Positions 34,123-38,393 of a stretch of 38,393 nucleotides of DNA are shown in pieces. Source of the stretch: a virus (Duplodnaviria; Caudoviricetes); the IMG/VR virus record IMGVR_UViG_3300035135_002099, positions 1 through 38,393 of that record. One strand, written 5' to 3'. How positions within the stretch are numbered: the stretch's first letter is position 1; every line of letters begins with the position of its first letter. Position numbers and translations under genes: made by a program. Under the pieces are notes generated by a model that was not told where the DNA came from, did not search any database, and saw nothing but the letters and a program-made list of their open reading frames with translations.

Positions 34123-37100
34123 TTATCCTGTAGACGTGTAAAACTGCACTGCTAGATAGTGCCCGTCAATACCTCCCCTTATGTCAACTACAGGAGGCAC
34201 ATTAATTTGTAGTCCTGATGTAGTTCCTATAGTGTTACTTGTGATTTCTACCTGTCCTGCAACTAATCTATTTGTAAGAGCGTTAGCACCACCGCCACTA
34301 ATACGATTTTCTAAGTATGATTTAATTGCTCGTTGTGTTGGGACAATATTGTTAGAATTAGCAACAAACGTATCATCTTTAGAAAATTCTCTTATCACAA
34401 CTTGGCTTCCGCCAACAATAATACCACCTAAGGCTAACTCTTCAAGTCCAGTTAAATCAAATTGATCAGCATTAATACTTACAATACCTGTAGACTGTTC
34501 AACTTCAAATAATTCGCCAACTCTAAAGTTACCATCTTGGTCAGTTGATGTATAAAATACTCTACCCCCACCTTCTGCATGAGTTTCATTAAATGGTTGT
34601 CTAGCATTTAGAGCATCTTCTCCTTCTAAGTACAGATCTGGGTATCTTGTTGTACTTACACTACCAGTACCAATGTCTAAGAAATCATGTCCTGTAAGTC
34701 TAATTTGACTGTAATTTTCTCTAATTACAAATTGTGTATTATGATCTGGCGATTCGTCTACATCTATCTTAGGTGTTATAGTTACTGTTAAATCAAAATT
34801 AGGTGCCGAACCGGATTGACTATCAACTCTTGTAATAGAATATTGTACATCATCTATGCCAGTAATTTCAAAGTTTGCACCAGGACCAGGTACATCTGAA
34901 ACATTCTTTAGTACAACTTGAGATCCTGTTTGGAATCTATTTGTAAATCCATCACCTGTAATTGTTGGTATGACAGACACATAACCCAAGCCTCTATCTA
35001 TAAATTTAGGCTGTGGTAGTACACCATCTTGAACACTGATATCAAAATTAGCTGTTATAGTTGCAGTATTATCTACTACAGTCATTCCAGGTGAACCTAG
35101 ATATCCTGAACCAGGATCATATATAACAAACTTTTCAATTCTTGAGTTAGTAACTTTAGTCCTTATCAGAGGTTTAGTATAAACATCCACAAGTGTATGA
35201 TCTACATCGTCTGACGGTATGTAAAATGCAGAACCTATATAAATTCCTTCACAATAATACTTGTTTGAACTAGGCATTGCAAATACCGAACTATCATCGC
35301 CAAATGTAAGTAAGTGGTCTCCACCTTTTGAATGTGCTAAGATATCTGTGCCATATCCTCCGTAGAAAATAAAGTTTCCTGCACCATAAACTGCATATTG
35401 ATATTGATTATCAACAACAATACTAGGCCAGTATGTGGTTCCTTGTCCTGGAAGTGTGTATCTTGCTAGTTTTACATCTCCACTAGTGTTTTCATATAAG
35501 AAAACTATTTGATTTTGTCCAACTGCGATAGATCTAGTGCTTTCCCAATCATTAACAATATGATTTCCTACTAATATTGTCCCTGTCAATGGTAACACTG
35601 AAAATATTCTTACTGAGGTTGCTTGTCCTAATCCAGGTCCTGGACTTACTCCTCCTGCAAAAACCCAAAACTGTGTGCCTTCCCAAACTACTTTAGCAGA
35701 CTCTCTATCTTGCATCAAGTATGGTGATGCAAAAGTTGTACCTTCATTTCCACTCCAGTGTAGAGAAGTTCCGCCTGCTACTGTTTTTGTAATAACAACT
35801 GCTCCGTCTCCATTACTTGCAACACTTTGTATTCCTGCTATAGCACCCGATGTCATTGCTTCAGTTGCAAATGTTGTACCGTTAACTGATGTAGATATAT
35901 TTGCATCATTTTCATAAAAGATTACAAATCTAGTTCCAGACCACACTACACCTACTGCATTTCCTGAATATGTATGTGATACAGTATTCCACACAGTTCC
36001 GTTACTTGTTATAGCTGAATATTGAATTCTTGTTGTACCCTGGCCGTCTGTACCTACTCTTACAACATTTGTATCATTTTTTGCTACATATTTGTAAATT
36101 TCAGTCACTGCTCCTTGATTAGGATTACCAGCAGTTTCTGTTGTTGTAGGTGCTGGATTTGCAAAACTAGGTCTTGGTTCAATCTGATAACGAGTAGTTT
36201 CGTCAAGGGTTGACACAATAGGATAACCTGGACTTATGTGTTCCCATCCGTTACTTAAATCAGTTTCTCTACTTACTAGTACCTTTTTTGTTATTTCGTC
36301 AAAGCCAGTAATTTGAGCATACTGGCCTGCACCTTTACCACTTAAAATAACAATACGTTGACCTATGTATTCTGCAGCACTGCCTACATCTGCTTGTGCA
36401 ATAGTAATAGAACCTGTATCTCCTGTTTGTGCATTGTTCACTACTTTAGTATAATTAATACCGCCAGGTGTAGTACTATCTCCAGGTGCTGTTACCCGTA
36501 TTTTATCGATAGCACCTTGTCTAAATTCATTATATTCTGCTGTTGCATTTGCTCCACTACCTGCAATAGATACTGATGCTGTTGAATAATTTCTTCCTGC
36601 ATTATCATAACCAAATGCCCATATTGCAGATTGATTAGCAGTATCTACAAAAAATTCCTCCACACCTGCTTCAAATGACTCGTTATTAATTTGTCCTGTG
36701 ATAGCAGTTTCGTTGGCATCAACTCCTTCTGCTACTGAACCATACGTACCATAAGAATTATTTCCGTTGGTTGCACGTAACACTCCGCCATTTTCTGCAA
36801 GGTAACCTATGTGACAAAAATATGTAAACACAGAAACAAGTTCTGACCTTCCTCCATTTGTTGCCCAATAGCCTATACCATCATCAAGCACTTGTGTAAA
36901 ATCGTTTGCAACAATCGAATCATTACCACTGTTGTGTAATGCTCCGTCAATTTTCATTCCTATACATCCTGTACCGAATGTAGTAACATTTTGTACATAC
37001 GGAGATTTATTTATAATATGAACTGTTGCATCACTTGGTCCTGAGCCGGGATCTAAACTTACATATGCGCCGGCTGTAGGACGCTTAGTCAAATATTGAT

Positions 37101-38393
37101 TTACATCGCCTAGTGTACCTGACAGTCCTTGTAATGTGCAGTTTCTTAAACCAGAACCGTTGTTCATATAAAACATATCAGATGTTTCATATCCAGCCGC
37201 TGGTTGTATATTTGTACTTCTTAATTCGTCTCCTACGACTGCACAGTTACGTGGAACTTTCATAGGTAGTACTTCTTGATAAAAACCTGTTTTAACAAGT
37301 AATGTTGTGTTAACATTGTCAGTATCTATATTTGAGGCTATATGCTCAAGTGCGTACTTAATTGTTCTAAATGGAGCTGCTTGTTGACTACCGTTGTTAG
37401 GACTGTCAACACCTTGAGGTGATACATAAAATACATTAGTAACTAGATCAAATGTACCCCATGCAGGATCTCCGCCAATTTGTTTTAGAGCCTGTCCTGG
37501 TGCTCCTAGAGCTAATCTATCTTTTGCATTAGACGAATTACCTACAATCAAATCTCCTGGGAAAGTTAATACAGCATCTGGATCACCCTGTATAAACACT
37601 GTCCACTCAGCAGTTCCTTGATCAGGTCTGTTTAGCGATGTAGGTGCATGTCGTGTTACACAAACATAAGAAGTGCTTTTCCATGTTACAATATCACCTA
37701 TGTCATATTCTGCAACTGCATTTGTCCATCTGTTTTCAAAGTTAAATCCTTCAGCTACTACTTTCCAAGTATTAGTATCGCTGTCGGGATGTATGCCAGT
37801 AGCATCGGTAAGAGCTGTGTATAAGTATCCTCCTACTCTTACAACTTCTCCTGTTTTATAAACTTCATTAACATCGTAGTCACCAACAAGTTTGTAACCT
37901 CTAGTTAGTATTTCCCAGTCACCTGTGTTTTGAACAAGTCCGTTTGCACTAGGAATACTGTTTGCATTATTTGTAAGTGCAACATATGAATACCCTCCAT
38001 ACAATACAACATCACCTATGTTGTATTCTACTGCATTATTCCATACTTGTTCTTCTTGCAATCCTGGGACATATACTTCCCAGTTGCTTTCATCAACTCT
38101 TAAAACTCCGTTTGCTGTGTGACCAGTGATAGCTTTAAATAAGGTGCCTCCATATTTTACAACATCACCTACTTTATATCTTCCAGATGCAGAATGATCG
38201 CCTTTCCATTCTATTCCAACAGACTTGATTGCCCAATTTCCTTGGTCTTCTTCTAATCCTTCTACTGCAGAAAGGGCTGAAGTATGTGCTGTAGTACATA
38301 TGTAAACTATTCCGCCGTACTTAACAACATCACCTAACTTATATCTAGTTGTAGGAGCCCAATCTCCTGTCCAGTCAAACGATTCGCTAACAA
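34123..38393 (-). CDS. Giant tail fibre/spike protein, paralog of the 1586-aa protein; partial, true start lies beyond the window end
   Basis: The frame stays open upstream of the TTG at 38061 to the window end (...WTGDWAPTTRYKLGDVVKYGGIVYICTTAHTS...YKVGDVVKYGG...). Shares KSPYVQNV, NDSIVANDFTQ, ELVSVF, RLTGHDFLDIGTG and YTSTDQDGNFRVG with its neighbour. Confidence 0.85.
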   Translation of the reverse strand, partial: VSESFDWTGDWAPTTRYKLGDVVKYGGIVYICTTAHTSALSAVEGLEEDQGNWAIKSVGIEWKGDHSASGRYKVGDVVKYGGTLFKAITGHTANGVLRVDESNWEVYVPGLQEEQVWNNAVEYNIGDVVLYGGYSYVALTNNANSIPSANGLVQNTGDWEILTRGYKLVGDYDVNEVYKTGEVVRVGGYLYTALTDATGIHPDSDTNTWKVVAEGFNFENRWTNAVAEYDIGDIVTWKSTSYVCVTRHAPTSLNRPDQGTAEWTVFIQGDPDAVLTFPGDLIVGNSSNAKDRLALGAPGQALKQIGGDPAWGTFDLVTNVFYVSPQGVDSPNNGSQQAAPFRTIKYALEHIASNIDTDNVNTTLLVKTGFYQEVLPMKVPRNCAVVGDELRSTNIQPAAGYETSDMFYMNNGSGLRNCTLQGLSGTLGDVNQYLTKRPTAGAYVSLDPGSGPSDATVHIINKSPYVQNVTTFGTGCIGMKIDGALHNSGNDSIVANDFTQVLDDGIGYWATNGGRSELVSVFTYFCHIGYLAENGGVLRATNGNNSYGTYGSVAEGVDANETAITGQINNESFEAGVEEFFVDTANQSAIWAFGYDNAGRNYSTASVSIAGSGANATAEYNEFRQGAIDKIRVTAPGDSTTPGGINYTKVVNNAQTGDTGSITIAQADVGSAAEYIGQRIVILSGKGAGQYAQITGFDEITKKVLVSRETDLSNGWEHISPGYPIVSTLDETTRYQIEPRPSFANPAPTTTETAGNPNQGAVTEIYKYVAKNDTNVVRVGTDGQGTTRIQYSAITSNGTVWNTVSHTYSGNAVGVVWSGTRFVIFYENDANISTSVNGTTFATEAMTSGAIAGIQSVASNGDGAVVITKTVAGGTSLHWSGNEGTTFASPYLMQDRESAKVVWEGTQFWVFAGGVSPGPGLGQATSVRIFSVLPLTGTILVGNHIVNDWESTRSIAVGQNQIVFLYENTSGDVKLARYTLPGQGTTYWPSIVVDNQYQYAVYGAGNFIFYGGYGTDILAHSKGGDHLLTFGDDSSVFAMPSSNKYYCEGIYIGSAFYIPSDDVDHTLVDVYTKPLIRTKVTNSRIEKFVIYDPGSGYLGSPGMTVVDNTATITANFDISVQDGVLPQPKFIDRGLGYVSVIPTITGDGFTNRFQTGSQVVLKNVSDVPGPGANFEITGIDDVQYSITRVDSQSGSAPNFDLTVTITPKIDVDESPDHNTQFVIRENYSQIRLTGHDFLDIGTGSVSTTRYPDLYLEGEDALNARQPFNETHAEGGGRVFYTSTDQDGNFRVGELFEVEQSTGIVSINADQFDLTGLEELALGGIIVGGSQVVIREFSKDDTFVANSNNIVPTQRAIKSYLENRISGGGANALTNRLVAGQVEITSNTIGTTSGLQINVPPVVDIRGGIDGHYLAVQFYTSTG

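Noticed and set aside
29712-34554. Near-identical 32-bp patch (29712-29743 vs 34523-34554) as a recombination site or DGR template/variable repeat
   Set aside because: It encodes the conserved YTSTDQDGNFR peptide of two paralogs. There is no reverse transcriptase and no long repeat with adenine-specific mismatches.
864-37861. Many short ORFs antisense to or nested in long genes (e.g. 4811-5398, 28218-28574, 28919-29326, 29412-29744)
   Set aside because: They shadow well-supported genes, lack RBSs or recognisable motifs, and are expected from codon bias on the opposite strand.
38059-38061. TTG start for the last fibre gene
   Set aside because: The frame is open to the window end and continues the same repeats, so this is an internal Leu.
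1-38393. tRNA, rRNA, CRISPR array, intron or intein
   Set aside because: Intergenic gaps are all about 110 nt or shorter, with no cloverleaf or spaced direct repeats. No intein-like termini were recognised, and the large inserts look like structural domains.

Overview
A gene-dense, AT-rich segment of a large T4-like (probably jumbo) myovirus genome, read in the standard genetic code. It covers the tail and neck module (gp9/10-like fibre, tube paralog, tail tube gp19, a 1108-aa sheath gp18, neck gp13/gp14, tail terminator gp15) and a fibre/adhesin module (a 1945-aa repeat protein, three Cys/Gly-rich paralogs, two giant paralogous beta-helix fibre proteins). Interleaved with these virion genes is a sugar-nucleotide and tailoring toolkit: hldE, hldD, a cupin and gmhB (NDP-heptose synthesis, no gmhA in the window), a GT9-like glycosyltransferase with Arg at the usual catalytic Asp position, a NodU/CmcH carbamoyltransferase, a SAM methyltransferase and a Nudix hydrolase. 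The best candidate for a new system is phage-encoded heptosylation plus carbamoylation of virion proteins, possibly on Cys of the adjacent Cys-rich adhesins. Other notable signals are a phycobiliprotein-like K-C-x-R-D motif in helical modules of the fibres, T4-late-like TAAATA promoters (several exactly 5 nt before an ATG, suggesting leaderless mRNAs) and a perfect sigma70 promoter at hldE. All calls come from reading motifs by eye; no searches were run. No tRNA, rRNA, CRISPR array or integrase was seen.
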